This document shows, one piece after another, positions 1 to 9,413 of a stretch of 64,000 nt of DNA. This DNA is from Patescibacteria group bacterium. GTDB lineage: Bacteria; Patescibacteriota; WWE3; JAMCXX01. Position numbers and translations under genes: made by a program. The stretch spans positions 68,217 through 132,216 of the forward strand of contig JAMCXX010000002.1 in the NCBI GenBank assembly GCA_023474425.1, in the 5' to 3' direction. Numbering within the stretch: position 1 is the stretch's first letter; each line of letters begins with the position of its first letter. Below the pieces are notes generated by a model. That model was not told where the DNA came from. It did not search any database and was given only the letters and a program-made list of their open reading frames with translations.

Positions 1-1226
1 AAGGTCTCCAAAACAACCGAAACAACAATCAGGATTCCTGTGCCGCCGAGGGAAAAAGTGGTAACTTGGGTTAATCCCTGGCCGAGCGATGGCAAAACGG
101 CCATAAGCCCCAAGAAAACGGCCCCGGCCAAAGTAATCCGCTGGAGAATGTTGCCCAAATAATCGGCCGTGGCTTTGCCCGGCCTAACCCCGGGAATAAA
201 ACCGCCGTACCTTTTAATATCGTCGGAAATTTTCTCGGGGTTAAAAGTCACGGCCGTATAAAAATAAGTAAATGCCACCACCAAAAGAAAATAAAAACCG
301 TTGTAGAAAAGACTTTGGGTCGAAAAGGCCTGGGAAAGAAAATTAGAGAAATTTATGAGCATTAGATTCTGACCAAAACCCTTGAGGTACTGGGCAATTA
401 GAGTCGGCAGCAAAACTAGGGAAATGGCAAAAATAATGGGAATCACCCCGGCCTGATTGACTCTTAATGGCAGGTAGGACCGTACTGAGCCCAGGCTGCG
501 ACCGGCCCGATTGCGCCGGGCATACTCCACTGGCACCTGGCGAACGGCCTCGTTAATATAAACAACTCCGGCCACAATAGCCAAAGCCAGTGCGCCGAAG
601 ATTAGAACGTTGGTGGAATTTTCCGCTGTCGCCGAAAGCAAAGTCTGCCCCAAGCCAGTTGGAAAACCGGCCACGATACCGGCAAAAATAAGAACAGAGA
701 TGCCGTTGCCCACGCCGCTTTCGGTTAAGATTTCTCCTAACCAAACTAAAAAAACGGTTCCGGCCGATAGCGATAGAACCAGGGTAAGGAGCGGCAATGG
801 CGCGAGCCTCCCCACAATCCCTTGGGAAGAAAGCAGAAAATAGGTAGCGTAAGCCTGAAGCAGAGTTAGCGGCACCGTTAGAAACCGGGTATATTGGTCT
901 ATCTGCTCGCGCCCGGATTCTCCTTCTTTGGAGAGCTCCTCGAGTTTGGGATAGACCATGGTTAAAAGCTGCATAATAATGGAAGCGTTAATATAGGGGT
1001 TTAAACCCAGGGAGACGACGGAAAAGTTTCTAAACGAGCCGCCGGAAAAAAGATCAAAAAGTCCCAAAAAAAGATTGCCGGCAAAAAGAGAACGCAGAGA
1101 AGCGATATTGACCCCGGGAATAGGTACATGGGAAACTACCCGAAACACCGCCAATATAATAATGGTGTAAATAATTCTGCGGCGAAGATCCGGCAGGGAC
1201 CAGACCTTCCTAAAGATGTCAAACAT
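1..1226 (-). CDS. secY: Preprotein translocase subunit SecY (partial; C-terminal part lies beyond the window start)
   Basis: Absent from the ORF track because it runs off the edge. Hand translation from ATG at 1226-1224 gives MFDIFRKVWSLPDLRRRIIYTIIILAVFRVVSHVPIPGVN...LGLNPYINASIIMQLLTMV...EGESGREQIDQYTRFLTV, a SecY N-terminal signature. It lies directly downstream of rplO, as in spc operons. Confidence 0.9.
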   Translation of the reverse strand, partial: MFDIFRKVWSLPDLRRRIIYTIIILAVFRVVSHVPIPGVNIASLRSLFAGNLFLGLFDLFSGGSFRNFSVVSLGLNPYINASIIMQLLTMVYPKLEELSKEGESGREQIDQYTRFLTVPLTLLQAYATYFLLSSQGIVGRLAPLPLLTLVLSLSAGTVFLVWLGEILTESGVGNGISVLIFAGIVAGFPTGLGQTLLSATAENSTNVLIFGALALAIVAGVVYINEAVRQVPVEYARRNRAGRSLGSVRSYLPLRVNQAGVIPIIFAISLVLLPTLIAQYLKGFGQNLMLINFSNFLSQAFSTQSLFYNGFYFLLVVAFTYFYTAVTFNPEKISDDIKRYGGFIPGVRPGKATADYLGNILQRITLAGAVFLGLMAVLPSLGQGLTQVTTFSLGGTGILIVVSVVLET

Positions 1227-1231
1227 GAGTT

Positions 1232-1648
1232 TTAAGATGGGCCGACCTTCTTTTGGGCGCCTAGGGAAAGGCTAACCCCGATAAATTTAAACTTCTTTAG
1301 TACCTTCCCCCCGTCATCAATTATCTTTACGCCTGCGTATTTTCTGGTAGTTAGGCCGAACTTCGATTTTAAGAAACTCGCGGTAACTGTCTGTCCGTCC
1401 GGCAAATCTTTCAAACGCGATAACCCTAGCTCCAAAATAGTCTTGTTTTTCCCAAAACGACGAACTTTAGGAATCCTTTTATAAAAGGGTACTTGACCGC
1501 CCTCAAAATGAGCGGCGACTAAGCCCCGTATCTTTTGCCCTTTGGCGCCGCGGCCGGTGGTGTGTCCGCCTTTGCCGCTGCCAATACCGCGACCGACCCT
1601 TTTTTTGGGACGGGTTGCTTTAATTGATTTCAAAAAAGACAATTCCAT
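1232..1648 (-). CDS. rplO: 50S ribosomal protein L15
   Basis: 138 aa with the glycine-rich motif [25 protein letters not shown]. Positioned between rpsE and secY. Confidence 0.95.
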   Translation of the reverse strand: MELSFLKSIKATRPKKRVGRGIGSGKGGHTTGRGAKGQKIRGLVAAHFEGGQVPFYKRIPKVRRFGKNKTILELGLSRLKDLPDGQTVTASFLKSKFGLTTRKYAGVKIIDDGGKVLKKFKFIGVSLSLGAQKKVGPS

Positions 1649-1651
1649 AAA

Positions 1652-2092
1652 TTATTCGGATAAGGATCTTAACGCTTCCATAGTTGCGTAAACGTTGCTG
1701 GCCTTGTTGTGAGTGCCAAATATTTTAGCGGTGGCGTCGCGGACGCCGGCCAATTCCAGAACGACGCGCACCGGTCCTCCGGCCATAAGACCCGAACCGG
1801 GTGGTGCCGGTTTCAAAAGAATTTTAGCCGCCCCGACTTTTATAGAGACTTCGCGCGGTAAGGTTGCTCCCTTTAGAGGTACGGTGAAAAGATGTTTTCT
1901 GGCAAAGTTAACGCCTTTTTCCACGGCCACGGGCACTTCGAGAGCCTTGCCCAAGCCCACTCCCACCCGCCCTTTTTTGTCGCCGACAACCGTAAGCACC
2001 GAGAATGAAATCCGGTTGCCGCCGGAAGTTTTTTTGGAAACCCGGTTAACCTGAACTATTTTTTCACTGAACTCACCAAATCTTGGTTCCAT
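1652..2092 (-). CDS. rpsE: 30S ribosomal protein S5
   Basis: 146 aa with NRVSKKTSGGNRISFSVLTVVGDKKGRVGVGLGKA. Its stop is 3 nt from the rplO start, so no L30 gene lies between them. Confidence 0.95.
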   Translation of the reverse strand: MEPRFGEFSEKIVQVNRVSKKTSGGNRISFSVLTVVGDKKGRVGVGLGKALEVPVAVEKGVNFARKHLFTVPLKGATLPREVSIKVGAAKILLKPAPPGSGLMAGGPVRVVLELAGVRDATAKIFGTHNKASNVYATMEALRSLSE

Positions 2093-2097
2093 AAATC

Positions 2098-2457
2098 TTA
2101 AAATTCCAGACCGCCTTCCCGCGCTCCGCGGGCGAGTTCCTCAACCCGTCCGTGGTAAAGGTAACCGTTACGATCAAAGACCACCCGTTTAACATTCAAC
2201 TTAATCGCTTTGGCCGCGAGGATCTCACCAACACGGTAAGCTTCTTTCCTCTTTGTTTCACGACCCTGTTCCTTGGACCCGGATCCGGCACTAACTAAAG
2301 TCTGACCGGAAGAGTCATCAATAATCTGGGCATAAATCCTACTGTTCGAACGGAAGACACATAACCTGGGACGATCGGCGGTTCCTTTAATTTTCTCCCG
2401 CGTTCGAACCTTCCTTAATTGCCTTCTCGAATAACCTGATCTTTTTCTAATTTTCAT
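2098..2457 (-). CDS. rplR: 50S ribosomal protein L18
   Basis: 119 aa with [20 protein letters not shown]...[26 protein letters not shown]. Confidence 0.95.
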   Translation of the reverse strand: MKIRKRSGYSRRQLRKVRTREKIKGTADRPRLCVFRSNSRIYAQIIDDSSGQTLVSAGSGSKEQGRETKRKEAYRVGEILAAKAIKLNVKRVVFDRNGYLYHGRVEELARGAREGGLEF

Positions 2458-2461
2458 AATG

Positions 2462-3007
2462 TTATTTAACCGCCGAACCTACCTTGCTGGCCTTGCCGGA
2501 CTTGCGCCGAACTACCTCATTACTGTATTTTATACCCTTACCTTTGTAGGGTTCCGGCGGTTTCAGTTCCCGAATCCGGGCGGCCGTCTGACCCACAAGG
2601 TCCTTGCGCGAGCCGCTGACGGTAATTTTAATATCATCACTAACCTGAACCTCACAACCTTGTGGCGGCACAAAAGTGACCGTGTGCGAGAAACCGATGT
2701 TTAGAATTAGATTGCGCCCGTCCTTCTTGGCCTTAAACCCAACACCCACCATTTCCAAATCTTTATGGTACCCTTGTGAAACGCCGTTAATTACATTTTG
2801 GCAGAGGGCCCGATATAAACCTAAAGTATCACGCCGTCCACTCTTTGACTTTAAACTTAGCGAACCGCCGCTTACTTGAGCCTGAATATCTGCATCCAGG
2901 TCAAGCGTCAGCTCCCCTTTTGGCCCTTTAGCCTCTAGGCGGCAACCATCCATTTTTACCTCGGTGCCCGACGGTACGTTGATTAAGGATATTTTTCTTT
3001 TGGCCAT
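2462..3007 (-). CDS. rplF: 50S ribosomal protein L6
   Basis: 181 aa with the two-repeat L6 fold and C-terminal [11 protein letters not shown] motif. spc operon order. Confidence 0.95.
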   Translation of the reverse strand: MAKRKISLINVPSGTEVKMDGCRLEAKGPKGELTLDLDADIQAQVSGGSLSLKSKSGRRDTLGLYRALCQNVINGVSQGYHKDLEMVGVGFKAKKDGRNLILNIGFSHTVTFVPPQGCEVQVSDDIKITVSGSRKDLVGQTAARIRELKPPEPYKGKGIKYSNEVVRRKSGKASKVGSAVK

Positions 3008-3009
3008 AA

Positions 3010-3414
3010 TTAAATCTCGAAAAGCAATTCCCCACCCAAACTTCTTTTAAGGGCTTCGCGAATCTCCATAACCCCTAAAGAGGTGGATAAAACCAATCCG
3101 TATTTTTTCTTCGCAACCAACGACTTTAGTTGAGGAAGCCCGCTGTAAACCCTACGCCCAGGACGGGAAAAGGACCGGTAGGACTTAAACCTTCTTAAGG
3201 CTTCTTTGTCCTCCGATAATTCAATGTTAATTCCTTTAAAAATCTGACCTTCCATCTTAATAACTTTAAAATCCAGTAATCCCATCTTTTTAAGAATTTT
3301 TAAGACACTTTCACGGTAGCGGGAGTAACCGACCTCGAGATTTTTGTGGCCGGAAAAAGCGGCATTCTTAATTTCCGAGAGCATCGATAAAATCGGGTCA
3401 AAACCGGAAGTCAT
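3010..3414 (-). CDS. rpsH: 30S ribosomal protein S8
   Basis: 134 aa with C-terminal LSTSLGVMEIREALKRSLGGELLFEI. spc operon order. Confidence 0.95.
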   Translation of the reverse strand: MTSGFDPILSMLSEIKNAAFSGHKNLEVGYSRYRESVLKILKKMGLLDFKVIKMEGQIFKGINIELSEDKEALRRFKSYRSFSRPGRRVYSGLPQLKSLVAKKKYGLVLSTSLGVMEIREALKRSLGGELLFEI

Positions 3415-3422
3415 AATAATCT

Positions 3423-3608
3423 TTAGAAACTTGATTTACGCACTCCGGGAATTAAGCCTTCCAGGGCTAATTCCCTAAAGCAGACACGACAAATTCCAAA
3501 CTTCCTTAAAAATCCGCGAGGGCGGCCGCAAAACTGACAACGGTTGTACCGCCGGGACGAGAATTTCGGTTTTCTTAAGGATTTATTAATCAAAGATTTT
3601 TTAGCCAT
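3423..3608 (-). CDS. rpsN: 30S ribosomal protein S14, short zinc-binding (type Z) form
   Basis: 61 aa with [10 protein letters not shown]...CRVC (two CxxC pairs). Lies between rplE and rpsH. Confidence 0.95.
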   Translation of the reverse strand: MAKKSLINKSLRKPKFSSRRYNRCQFCGRPRGFLRKFGICRVCFRELALEGLIPGVRKSSF

Positions 3609-3626
3609 ACGTTTCGGTGGTTCTCA

Positions 3627-4160
3627 TTACTTTAAAAACACAAATCCGAGACATTCAAAAAATTTCTTAGCCTTGGCCGAATCGGAAACCGAACCGGTTA
3701 TGGTTACCGCCAAACCTCGGGCTCGGTCAACCTTGTTGGGATCAATCTCGGGAAAAGCCGTTTGGTCACGAAAACCGATGCTCAAATTACCCTGACGGTC
3801 GAGACTTGTTGACTTAATTCCCCGAAAATCCCGAACTTGGGGTAGTGCCGCTTGGGTTAACTTCTGGAGAAAAGCCCACATTTTTTTACCGCGCAAAGTA
3901 ACCAGAAAACCAACCGTCTCGCCCCCTTTAAGTTTGAAGGCGGAAATCGCTTTTTTAGAAACGCGGGCTGAGGGCCTTTGCCCGGTGATTAAACCCAACT
4001 CCTCTCGAGCCAGTTCCAGCCCTTTGGGATCATCTTTAAAAGTGCCGGTCCTTGCCGAAACCGAAATCTTTTGAAGCTTGGGCACCGCGTTTATATTGCT
4101 TAAGCTAAACTCTTTTTTTATTTTCTCCCGAGCCGATTTAATAAACTCCTCCGTATTCAT
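3627..4160 (-). CDS. rplE: 50S ribosomal protein L5
   Basis: The ORF track extends to 4250, but L5-like sequence begins at MNTEEFIKSAREK. The ATG at 4160 overlaps the rplX stop as ATGA (4160-4157). Confidence 0.9.
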   Translation of the reverse strand: MNTEEFIKSAREKIKKEFSLSNINAVPKLQKISVSARTGTFKDDPKGLELAREELGLITGQRPSARVSKKAISAFKLKGGETVGFLVTLRGKKMWAFLQKLTQAALPQVRDFRGIKSTSLDRQGNLSIGFRDQTAFPEIDPNKVDRARGLAVTITGSVSDSAKAKKFFECLGFVFLK

Positions 4161-4435
4161 AATGGCAATTGACACTTTTTGCAATAGCGAATCTTTTTCC
4201 CATTCTCCTCCCTGATACCTACCTGGGTAGGCTTTTGACACTTTGGACAAATTAAAACCAGCTTGCTCAATCCCAATGGGCGGGTGAGATCGGTGATCCC
4301 CTGTTTGGTGTGCCGTTTAACCACATTAACACCGGTTATGAGCGCCAGACCACCCGTAACTTTTTCAACGGTTCCTTCGCGGCCGCGCTGGGCCCCATAA
4401 ATTACTTTTACTTTATCGCCTTTTCTAATTTCCAT
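4157..4435 (-). CDS. rplX: 50S ribosomal protein L24 (with C-terminal CxxC...CxxC)
   Basis: 92 aa with KOW motif KGDKVKVIYGAQRGREGTV and C-terminal CPKCQKPTQVGIREENGKKIRYCKKCQ. Confidence 0.93.
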   Translation of the reverse strand: MEIRKGDKVKVIYGAQRGREGTVEKVTGGLALITGVNVVKRHTKQGITDLTRPLGLSKLVLICPKCQKPTQVGIREENGKKIRYCKKCQLPL

Positions 4436-4454
4436 AAGTTAGCTACAGAGATAA

Positions 4455-4494
4455 CATTCGATAAGATTCGAATCCTAATTCGACAAGATTAGAG
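4455..4494 (+). repeat. ATTCGAnnAAG periodic repeat block (L14-L24 spacer)
   Basis: C ATTCGATAAG ATTCGAATCCTA ATTCGACAAG ATTAGAG. Shares 28 nt with 14224-14251, apart from a 12-nt insertion. Confidence 0.7.
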
Positions 4495-4496
4495 AC

Positions 4497-4865
4497 CTAC
4501 CAGACTTCGGCCGCCAAAGAAACTATTTTACTAAAACCTTTATCCCTCAGTTCTCTGGCCACCGGACCAAAAACCCGGCTGCCTAAAGGTTCGCCCGAAG
4601 CGTTAACGACCACAGCGGCATTATCGTCAAAACGAATATACGAGCCGTCCTTGCGCCGCACTTCTTTGTGAACCCGAATCAGTACACACTTAACAATTTC
4701 ATGATCCTTAACTAAACCTACCGGATCTGCCCCCTTAACCACGGCCGCAACGGTGTCTCCCAAACTAGCCGACAGCCGATTAGACCGTCCGGGAATGCCA
4801 ATGCAAACCAAGGATTTAGCACCGCTGTTATCGGCAACTTTAAGCACGCTTCGCCTCTTAATCAT
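4497..4865 (-). CDS. rplN: 50S ribosomal protein L14
   Basis: L14 homology starts at MIKRRSVLKVADNSGAK (ATG 4865). The 20 upstream codons of the tracked ORF overlap rpsQ. Confidence 0.93.
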   Translation of the reverse strand: MIKRRSVLKVADNSGAKSLVCIGIPGRSNRLSASLGDTVAAVVKGADPVGLVKDHEIVKCVLIRVHKEVRRKDGSYIRFDDNAAVVVNASGEPLGSRVFGPVARELRDKGFSKIVSLAAEVW

Positions 4866-5082
4866 AAATTTTAGCGACCCGCCAATGCTTGGACTTTGAC
4901 TTCGGGGCGGCTTCCCTAACCTCAACTAACTTCCCAACCTCAAGCTTAAGTCCGGAAGGAATCATACAGAGAAACTTTCGGTGCCGCAACGCAGTTTTTA
5001 AATAGCGTTTATGATGCACGGCCCTCTCAACCAGAACTATGGCCGTATGGCTTTCTTTTAATTTGACTACCTTTCCTTTCAT
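4858..5082 (-). CDS. rpsQ: 30S ribosomal protein S17
   Basis: 74 aa with GKVVKLKESHTAIVLVERAVHHKRYLK, an OB-fold S17. Confidence 0.95.
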   Translation of the reverse strand: MKGKVVKLKESHTAIVLVERAVHHKRYLKTALRHRKFLCMIPSGLKLEVGKLVEVREAAPKSKSKHWRVAKIYD

Positions 5083-5279
5083 AGTTTAATTCGCTTCTGC
5101 CCAATAATGGTTTGCAAAACGGCTAATTTCCTTCGAACAATACGTCGTTGGTGGGTCTTTTTCTCCTGGCCCAATGACAACCTAAGTTCCAAATCTTTTT
5201 GTTCTTTCGCCAAAGCCAATCTCTCCTTCTCCAACTCATCTAGACTTTTGGCTAAATAGGTTGTCGTAATTTTCTTCAT
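5079..5279 (-). CDS. rpmC: 50S ribosomal protein L29
   Basis: Small helical protein between L16 and S17. Start is ATG 5279 (MKKITTTYL...); the alternative is TTG at 5288. Confidence 0.9.
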   Translation of the reverse strand: MKKITTTYLAKSLDELEKERLALAKEQKDLELRLSLGQEKKTHQRRIVRRKLAVLQTIIGQKRIKL

Positions 5280-5290
5280 AAATACCAAAG

Positions 5291-5692
5291 CTACTCAACA
5301 AAACTCGTGGGAAAAGGCAGTTTGGAAGCTGCAATCCGGAAAGCCTCCCTGGCCAAATCCCGGGATAATCCTGAAAGCTCAAAAATAATCGTACCCGGCA
5401 GAACCACGGAGGCATAATGGTCCACGGCGGCCTTGCCTCCACCCATTCTTACCTCCGGCGGTTTCTTAGTAATTGGTTTATGCGGAAAGATCCGAATCCA
5501 AAGTTTACCGCCTTTCTTGGTAAAAGCCGAAACGGCTTTTCTGGCCGCCTCAATCTGACGGGCCGAAAGCCAGGACGAAGATAGGGATTTAAGACCGTAC
5601 TGGCCGTAGGTCAAAGTCGTACCGCGCCCGGCCTTGCCTTTCATCATCCCCCTCATGGATAGTCGATATTTAACTTTCTTTGGTTGCAGCAT
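5291..5692 (-). CDS. rplP: 50S ribosomal protein L16
   Basis: Canonical N-terminus [10 protein letters not shown] at ATG 5692. The tracked TTG start at 5725 looks like a spurious extension. Confidence 0.93.
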   Translation of the reverse strand: MLQPKKVKYRLSMRGMMKGKAGRGTTLTYGQYGLKSLSSSWLSARQIEAARKAVSAFTKKGGKLWIRIFPHKPITKKPPEVRMGGGKAAVDHYASVVLPGTIIFELSGLSRDLAREAFRIAASKLPFPTSFVE

Positions 5693-5788
5693 AATAAATG
5701 TATACTTACCATAAACTTTCTCCAAGAATCGTCACGAACGATTAAATAGCTCGCGTTATTTCGTGAAGGAAGTTCGTGGAATGCTACC

Positions 5789-6415
5789 TTACGATCCCGT
5801 CTCACCTAAATAAATCCAGACCTTAATCCCCAAAGTTCCGTATGAGGTATAGGCTGTATTCCGGGCAAAATCAATATTCGACCTTAGAGTCTGACCGGGA
5901 ATTGAACCGCGGATTATCTTCTCCGTGCGATGAATCGAGGAAGGACCTCCAATGACCCCCGAAACAATAATCTTCACACCCTTGGCGCCCCGCCCCATCA
6001 CCTTTTCCGCCATCTGATGCATAATCCGTTTGACCTGAATACGGCGCAGAATGGAACGGACGATCTCTTCGCCAACAAGCCTTGCCGAGAGCTCCGGATT
6101 TCTAACTTCGCTGACGACAATATCTACTTTCGAACCTACCTTCTTGGTCAAAAATTCCTGGAGTTCCGCCAAACCTGCGCCGCCTCGGCCAATGACCATA
6201 CCCGGACGACCAACACTAACCGTAATCTTAAGGTTAGGCGAACGTTCAATTTTTACATCGGACAAACCTGCCCGTCCAATTTTTTCCGTCAGGGAATCCC
6301 GGATTTTTTTATCTTCAGCCAGATATTTACCCAAATTCTTCTTGGCGTACCATAGCGACCGCCACTCTTTATTAACCCCTAAACGAAAGCCGTAGGGATT
6401 AGCTTTATGACCCAT
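5789..6415 (-). CDS. rpsC: 30S ribosomal protein S3
   Basis: Homology starts at [13 protein letters not shown] (ATG 6415) and includes a KH domain. The tracked 36-codon extension overlaps rplV. Confidence 0.93.
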   Translation of the reverse strand: MGHKANPYGFRLGVNKEWRSLWYAKKNLGKYLAEDKKIRDSLTEKIGRAGLSDVKIERSPNLKITVSVGRPGMVIGRGGAGLAELQEFLTKKVGSKVDIVVSEVRNPELSARLVGEEIVRSILRRIQVKRIMHQMAEKVMGRGAKGVKIIVSGVIGGPSSIHRTEKIIRGSIPGQTLRSNIDFARNTAYTSYGTLGIKVWIYLGETGS

Positions 6416-6797
6416 TTTTAACCTCCTTAAGCTCCAACACCAAATGCGCCGTCTTTTTACGAATAGGATGGTAAGAACCGCGGGCCACCGGACGTCCCCG
6501 CTTAAGGCTCGGTCCTTGGCCAACTAAAAGAGACGTAACATAAAGATTTTCAACCTCTAAACCCTTCTCCCGCGCCGCTGTCTCTCCGGATTTTAAAAGT
6601 TTTCCGATTAAACGGGCCGCTTTGACCGATGAGAAACGGGTCATTCTCATCGCTTGGGTAAGGGACTGACGCCTAAGAATTTTAGCCAAAAGATTAAGCT
6701 TCTGCGCCGAAATTCTTAAATAACGGGCCCTTACCGTCACTACCTTACCCTCGTGATTTTGATTTTTAATTTTTGATTTTTGAACTTGCTTTATCAT
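6405..6797 (-). CDS. rplV: 50S ribosomal protein L22
   Basis: 130 aa with [24 protein letters not shown]10 operon order. Confidence 0.93.
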   Translation of the reverse strand: MIKQVQKSKIKNQNHEGKVVTVRARYLRISAQKLNLLAKILRRQSLTQAMRMTRFSSVKAARLIGKLLKSGETAAREKGLEVENLYVTSLLVGQGPSLKRGRPVARGSYHPIRKKTAHLVLELKEVKNGS

Positions 6798-7087
6798 ACT
6801 CTACCCTCAGAAACCGAAGCTTTAACGGCCTTCTTCCCGTGTTTTCTAAAAGTCCTCGTTGGGGAGAATTCCCCCAATCGGTGTCCAACCATAGTTTCGA
6901 CTACGGCAACGGTAACATGGGTTCGCCCGTTATGAACGGCAAAAGTCAGACCGACCATCTCCGGACTAATGGTGCTCCGACGCGACCATGTTTTAATTGG
7001 TCCGATAAGTTTTCCCGCCTTGGCCAAACCAACTTTTTCTAAAAGCTTGTCGTCAATAAAAATGCCTTTTTTAAGTGATCGTGTCAT
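6794..7087 (-). CDS. rpsS: 30S ribosomal protein S19
   Basis: 97 aa with [12 protein letters not shown]...[15 protein letters not shown]. Confidence 0.95.
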   Translation of the reverse strand: MTRSLKKGIFIDDKLLEKVGLAKAGKLIGPIKTWSRRSTISPEMVGLTFAVHNGRTHVTVAVVETMVGHRLGEFSPTRTFRKHGKKAVKASVSEGRV

Positions 7088-7926
7088 TGATTTCTACGAG
7101 AAATAATATACTTATTAGTTTTCTCACGACGCCGAGTACGCTTACCCATAGCGATCTTGCCCCAGGGAGTTTTGGGTGTTGGCATACCGATACCGGAACG
7201 TCCTTCCCCGCCGCCGTGCGGATGCGAATGCGGGTTTTGGGCCACGCCGCGCACGGTGGGACGAATACCCAAATGGCGGGAACGCCCGGCCTTTCCCAGT
7301 TTCACTTGCCGGCGGGAATAGTTAGCTAACTGACCCACGGTTGCATACAGAAACCCGTGGAAACGGCGAACTTCGCCTGAAGGCAACTTTACCTGAACGA
7401 GCTTCCCACCATCCTCGTAAGCCATTATTTGAGCGGCCGTGCCAGCACTTCTCACTAAACCTCCCGGGCCGAAGTGGTTTATTTCCAAATTGTGAACCAG
7501 GGTTCCCACAGGAATGTTCTTTAATGGCAGGCTATTGCCAACTTTTGGAGCAACCTCCTCACCGGACTCCACCACATCACCGACTTTTAGCGATTCCGGA
7601 CAAAGAATAAAACGCTTTTCCCCATCCAAATAATAGAGTAAGGCGATTTCTACATTGCGGTTAGGGTCATATTCCAAAGCCGCCACCCGAGCCGGCAGAT
7701 TAAGTTTATCACGGCGAAAGTCAATCACCCGATACAACTTTTTATGACCGCCGCCTTTATGGCGCACGGTCACCCGTCCCAAACTGCGCCCGGGATTGCG
7801 GGACAAGCTAATCTTGAGAGCCCGCGGAGTTCTAAATTTTTTTTCGCCTTGCGGCTCACCTACCAAACTCACCCGAAACCGCTGCCCCGGACTCATTGGC
7901 CGGTAATGCTTTATTCTTCGACTCAT
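7084..7926 (-). CDS. rplB: 50S ribosomal protein L2
   Basis: 280 aa with [25 protein letters not shown]. Confidence 0.96.
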   Translation of the reverse strand: MSRRIKHYRPMSPGQRFRVSLVGEPQGEKKFRTPRALKISLSRNPGRSLGRVTVRHKGGGHKKLYRVIDFRRDKLNLPARVAALEYDPNRNVEIALLYYLDGEKRFILCPESLKVGDVVESGEEVAPKVGNSLPLKNIPVGTLVHNLEINHFGPGGLVRSAGTAAQIMAYEDGGKLVQVKLPSGEVRRFHGFLYATVGQLANYSRRQVKLGKAGRSRHLGIRPTVRGVAQNPHSHPHGGGEGRSGIGMPTPKTPWGKIAMGKRTRRREKTNKYIISRRNQ

Positions 7927-8252
7927 TTCTTCTTCTCTTTTACTTTACTTTTTACATTGTCTGCTTTTGTTTTCCCGCCTTTTTCGGCCTCTGCTCCGAA
8001 AACGCTTATCTGCCCGCTTTTAAGGGAAGCAATAACCTGGCGGGACCTAAGCCGGTAATGTTTGGCCCTCTGCCGCGATGAAGGATTCTCCCCGCCGCGG
8101 GAGAGGAACCAGAGACGTTTTACTTTTACCAAAAAGAGTTCTTCGATTTCATTCCTCACCTGACCATAGGTGGAATAATACGGCACCTCAAAGGTGTAGT
8201 ATCCTTTTTTTGCCCGGGCCACGTTTTTTTCCGTAACTTTCGGTTTAATCAT
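7923..8252 (-). CDS. rplW: 50S ribosomal protein L23
   Basis: 109 aa with a lysine-rich tail. Lies between L4 and L2 with 4-nt overlaps on both sides. Confidence 0.9.
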   Translation of the reverse strand: MIKPKVTEKNVARAKKGYYTFEVPYYSTYGQVRNEIEELFLVKVKRLWFLSRGGENPSSRQRAKHYRLRSRQVIASLKSGQISVFGAEAEKGGKTKADNVKSKVKEKKK

Positions 8253-8878
8253 TTTTCGTTTTTCAAAATTCCTTCTATCTTTTCAAAAGAATCTTCTCCC
8301 AGAATGACAACTCCGGCGGCGGCCAGAAGCTTGGGATTTAAACTTTCCGGTCGGCAAATTCTGATTCCGGATAAATTACGGAAAGCCCGGAGTGTTTCTT
8401 TCGAGCCTGAAACCAAAAGAACCGGAAGGCGACGCTCCTTCAATAACCGTTTAAGAAAATTTTCGGCATCCTTGGTCTTTTTGAACTCCGACGTGTTGGA
8501 CAAAATAAACAGAGATGCCGTAGCCTTAGCTTTCCGGCCAATGACCCAAGCCCAGATCTTTCGCTTAAATTTCCGGGCCAGTTTTAGTCGGTGGGACTGA
8601 GTCATGGGTCCGTGGGCAACCCCGCCGCCACGCCAAAGAGGCGAACGGGTTGAGCCTTGGCGGGCCCGACCGGTTCCTTTTTGCCGCCAGGGTTTCTTGC
8701 CGCCGCCGCTCACTTCCCCTCTGGTTTTCACACTTGCCTGGGCTTTCCGTGCGCGGGACTTAGAAACCCGCAAATACTGGGCAAAGCCGGCCTCGCCCGA
8801 CGTCGGTTGGGAAAACTGCCAGGATTTGCTTCCAACCTCACTGGCGGAAGCATCAACTACTTTAATCTCCGTCTTCAT
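8249..8878 (-). CDS. rplD: 50S ribosomal protein L4
   Basis: Start at MKTEIKVVD (ATG 8878). Contains [31 protein letters not shown]. Confidence 0.93.
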   Translation of the reverse strand: MKTEIKVVDASASEVGSKSWQFSQPTSGEAGFAQYLRVSKSRARKAQASVKTRGEVSGGGKKPWRQKGTGRARQGSTRSPLWRGGGVAHGPMTQSHRLKLARKFKRKIWAWVIGRKAKATASLFILSNTSEFKKTKDAENFLKRLLKERRLPVLLVSGSKETLRAFRNLSGIRICRPESLNPKLLAAAGVVILGEDSFEKIEGILKNEK

Positions 8879-9296
8879 AAATCTTAAGGTAAACCGACTG
8901 CCCAAAGCTGCCGGGAATACCGCCCCTAACAAAAACCGTGCGTCCGTCGCCCGAAACTTCCAGAATTTCCGTCTTTAGGGAAACACGTTCGCCTCCCATT
9001 CTCCCGCTCATTCTTTTACCTTTGTAAACGCGGCCGGGAGTAGTAGTACTACCCATGGAACCCTGGGACCGCCAACGGTCCGACTGGCCGTGAGTCTTAG
9101 GGCCGCCGGCAAAATGGTGGCGTTTAACCACACCGGCGTAGCCGCGGCCTTTGGAAACCCCTGTTAGCTTAACCTTCTGACCGACGGAGAGGCCTGATTC
9201 CGGGGTTAAAAGTTCCAAGGCCGTTACCGGCCTAACTTTATCATTAAACCAACGACGGCTCATTCCTCCTTTTTTGGCCTTAAAACTCTTTGACAT
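8862..9296 (-). CDS. rplC: 50S ribosomal protein L3, unusually short (144 aa)
   Basis: Contains L3 motifs [24 protein letters not shown] and [20 protein letters not shown]. By hand alignment to E. coli L3, the segment corresponding to roughly residues 30-90 is missing. Confidence 0.9.
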   Translation of the reverse strand: MSKSFKAKKGGMSRRWFNDKVRPVTALELLTPESGLSVGQKVKLTGVSKGRGYAGVVKRHHFAGGPKTHGQSDRWRSQGSMGSTTTPGRVYKGKRMSGRMGGERVSLKTEILEVSGDGRTVFVRGGIPGSFGQSVYLKIYEDGD

Positions 9297-9319
9297 AAAA
9301 ATAGGCGCCCGAGGCGCCT
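9297..9319 (-). terminator. Terminator/attenuator-like hairpin immediately 5' of the rplC start codon
   Basis: On the minus strand: AGGCGCC-TCG-GGCGCCT (9319-9303), then ATTTTT, then ATG (9296). Confidence 0.5.
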
Positions 9320-9384
9320 TAAACAGTTACACGGCTCGAAGTCCAATGAACTAAACCTTCCTATCCTCAAAAGTCATTACCTAT

Positions 9385-9413
9385 ATGATAACACAAACAA
9401 AAGCATGGTTCAA
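9385..9413 (-). promoter_or_regulatory. Internal sigma70-like promoter between rpsJ and rplC
   Basis: On the minus strand, TTGAAC (9413-9408), 17 nt, TATCAT (9390-9385). Confidence 0.5.

Noticed and set aside
6416-6523. N-terminal extensions in the ORF track for S3, and likewise for L5 (4161-4250), L14 (4866-4925), L16 (5693-5725), L4 (8879-8932), S12, EF-Tu, RodZ-like, MurJ, LepA and YtxH-like.
   Set aside because: The extensions overlap the preceding gene, carry no family homology, and are followed by an internal ATG at exactly the conserved N-terminus of each family.
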